From the human T2T-CHM13v2.0 reference genome, Homo sapiens, in assembly GCF_009914755.1 (NCBI RefSeq), contig NC_060925.1: a DNA stretch of 64,000 nt; one strand, 5' to 3'. This document shows positions 41,600 through 64,000 of this stretch, piece by piece. Both the position numbers and the translations under genes were made by a program. Numbering within the stretch: position 1 is the first letter of the stretch; each line of letters starts with the position of its first letter. The notes under the pieces were generated by a model. That model did no database searches and was not told the origin of the DNA. It worked only from the letters and a program-made list of their open reading frames with translations.

Positions 41600-41685
41600 G
41601 AATGCTGGAGGAATACGGAACTCCTCCCATTTCTCACAGCCACCTCCAACTCTTAAAAACGCTTCCAACTGCCTCCCAGCACACA
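41600..41685 (+). promoter_or_regulatory. FMO2: FMO2 core promoter with TATA-like TTAAAA (41653-41658)
   Basis: AT-rich box about 28 nt upstream of the recognised FMO2 5'UTR start; no CpG island. Confidence 0.55.
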
Positions 41686-41740
41686 ACCAAGGGAGAAAAC
41701 TATTCTGTCAAAGAGACGGTGCCAAAAGGCAAAAACAAAG
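41681..41740 (+). other. FMO2: FMO2 non-coding exon 1 (start approximate)
   Basis: Ends at strong donor CAAAG|gtaagg; short intron to the exon 2 acceptor at 42088; FMO genes have an untranslated exon 1. Confidence 0.8.
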
Positions 41741-42094
41741 GTAAGGATGATCGCTGGGGAAAGAAGCTGAAAAGGAAAAGCTCAGAACTCTAGCTGGAAA
41801 TTTGGCTCACATCCCTAGTATGTTACTGCATAGTCTGGCTTTGTTCAATGGGTCGCTTTTAAATATTAAAGCTAGATGTAAGCAAGGTTTGCAACAAAGT
41901 CCATAAGAAACTCAGCTTTTCTCAAAGGCAAGAAGAGAGCAGGATTTTTGACTGGCTCTTTATTCAATAGTGCTGCTTATTAAATTACCACTGCTACAAT
42001 GTTTAAAGCCAATTACCTGAGCACATCATAAGGATTCTCTTACCGGTTGTCCCAGTTAAGTAATGTTGATTGATCAACTCCTTGACAGGAGCTG

Positions 42095-62019
<19,925 letters not shown>

Positions 62020-64000
62020 GTAAGTGTGTAGGCAGGTGAGTGGCTAAGCGTTTCAGATCTGGTGAAGTTTATCAATAATGATAAGAAGGTTGCCTGAGAT
62101 AAAAAGGTTGCCAAGAAAAAGTTTGACAACCTTGGCTGCTCTCACAAGACTAACATTCTAAAAAGTTACTGGAGAATTCAAAGAATAACAAATACAGGAA
62201 TTTAGTAATAATAAATACCTGCAATCATCCTTTTAAAATATTAGACAGTCAAGAGAATTTCAACTGGCATAAAGCTAAGTGCATGTTAACTTTTCTTTGA
62301 ATCGTGAGAGATAAGTTTAAGAAAAAGATCTGTCTCCTGGTTTTACCTCTGTGTTGTTTAAAAATTCCTCAGCATATCTGCAAATCAATTTAACTCTTAA
62401 TACTTGAGCAGCTCAACCTCACAAATCCCTACAAGTTATAAAATTATTAAAAGGTTTCTTTCTGGGTGTCTGTGTAGCACTTCATACTCCTCAGAACGGT
62501 GTTACCTCCCTGCCTCCAGGGTTCAATTCTGTTCAGCAAAAGCTTACTGAATACCTTGCCCTGTGCTGGGAACTGGTGGGACAGAGAGAAATTTAAACAG
62601 ATCATTTCAACATAACATGACAAATGCTTTGATTGAATAATATATGGAGTGTTCAGGGAAGGAGAGAAAGGGCACTTATCATGGTAGAATAAGGGAAGGG
62701 CACATGATAAAGGAAAACGTCCTGGATAACTGCATTTCTCAGGGGCAGAAAAGGGGATTGCCTGAACAAAAGCATAGAGTCAATGATGCATATGGAAGGG
62801 CACATGCTATTTGACATTGCTAGAGCATGACGTATGAGGCAGAGAGAGATGAGCCATTACTCTTGGAGAAGAAGGAGACAGGACACAGGAATTTTGTAAG
62901 ACATGCTATGGAGCTTAGATTATAAATTATAGATCAGTTCTTCCCAAATATGGCTACATATGAAAATCATCTGATGGATCCTTAGGGACCCTGATTAAGT
63001 AAGACTGGCCAAGGGACCTGGAATCTGCATTTTAGAAAGCTCTTCAGCCCGGGGCACCAATGAAGGGTTATAAGCAAGGAACAGGCATTAGCAGATTTAC
63101 ACTTCAGATAGATTGTTTCAGCAGTAGTGTGGAATATAGATTTGAAAGTGGGGAAAGACTACAGCCTCAGGGATGAAAGAGAAAGCTACTGAAATAGCCT
63201 ATGCTAAAATATGATGCATCCTGGGCCAGGGCAGAGATACAAAGTGGAAAGGAAGCCATAAATGTGAGAAATCATTAAGGGAAAAATCAGCATGACATTA
63301 TAATTGGTTCAATGTGGGAAAGTCAGAGAAATAGAGAGGAATCTAGGAGGACTTACAGATCTCTGGCATTGGAAACCAGGTGGACAGTAGTGCTGTGAAT
63401 ACAGAGGGGGTGTGCAGAAAATGATGCAAGTCTGGACAGGAGGGCTTCAGTGAGGAGCTCAGGTCTGGACTACTTGAACATGAGATGTCTGATGACTCTA
63501 GGCAAGGGGACTTGACCATATTTCAACACATCCAAAGCTCAGGGGACACTTGTGGGCAGGCGATGGAGTCATGAGCACACAGTAATAACTTCTGCATCAA
63601 TCTTTCCCTATCTCTACTGCCCTACTCTCATCTCTCACCAGGTTTATTTCAACAGCCTCTTTACTGGTCTCCCCAGCTTTGGGCTTGCCTCCCTGGAGTC
63701 CATTTTCCTAAATTCAGCAGCCAGACAGATCTTTCCAAAAAATAAATCTGATCTTCTCACTTCATTCAGAATACTCTTCCACTGATTTGATTTGGGGCCT
63801 CCTGTCACCTTCAGGATAGAGCCCAAACCACTAGTCATGGCTGCCAGGCTCCCAGACACACTTCCCTTTTCCAGCCTCTTCTCTTGGCCCTCTCCACTTG
63901 TAGTCCATGCCGTAGACTGTGCACCCTGGACAGTGTCACATAGAGTGCTATGGGGGTGGCACCCCCTGAAGTTCAACAGCACGGAAGCCCTGACTGGTAT

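Noticed and set aside
63952-63966. Palindrome GGGGGTG-G-CACCCCC
   Set aside because: Short, at the window edge, and probably the centre of a decayed MITE-like DNA transposon.

Overview
Human (primate) genomic DNA, AT-rich, CpG-poor and repeat-dense. I recognise it as the flavin-containing monooxygenase cluster on 1q24. The + strand carries the 3' part of the FMO6P pseudogene (exons 4-9, 2736-17775), then about 24 kb of LTR/LINE/Alu-rich intergenic DNA, then FMO2 from its promoter and non-coding exon 1 through coding exon 7 (about 41680-62019). FMO2 exons 8-9, including the common Q472X site, lie beyond the window. Exon boundaries were read from GT/AG sites, and the exons shared by both paralogues match in length (163/143/200/356 nt). 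I found no prokaryotic-type system, CRISPR array or new protein-coding gene. The most interesting signals are: (1) an almost intact FMO6P frame, with a destroyed intron-8 acceptor (AG>AT) that has an in-frame rescue site, plus an Arg387>Trp change; (2) a triple-nested LTR stack whose inner MER41B-like LTR keeps tandem STAT/GAS motifs; (3) a duplicated antisense exon-like module; (4) a (GGAA)16 microsatellite and a 49-bp tandem repeat upstream of FMO2; (5) a dispersed 135-bp intronic duplication; (6) inverted Alus bracketing FMO2 exons 3-4. Repeat family names come from recognising consensus sequences by eye, and their ends are approximate.
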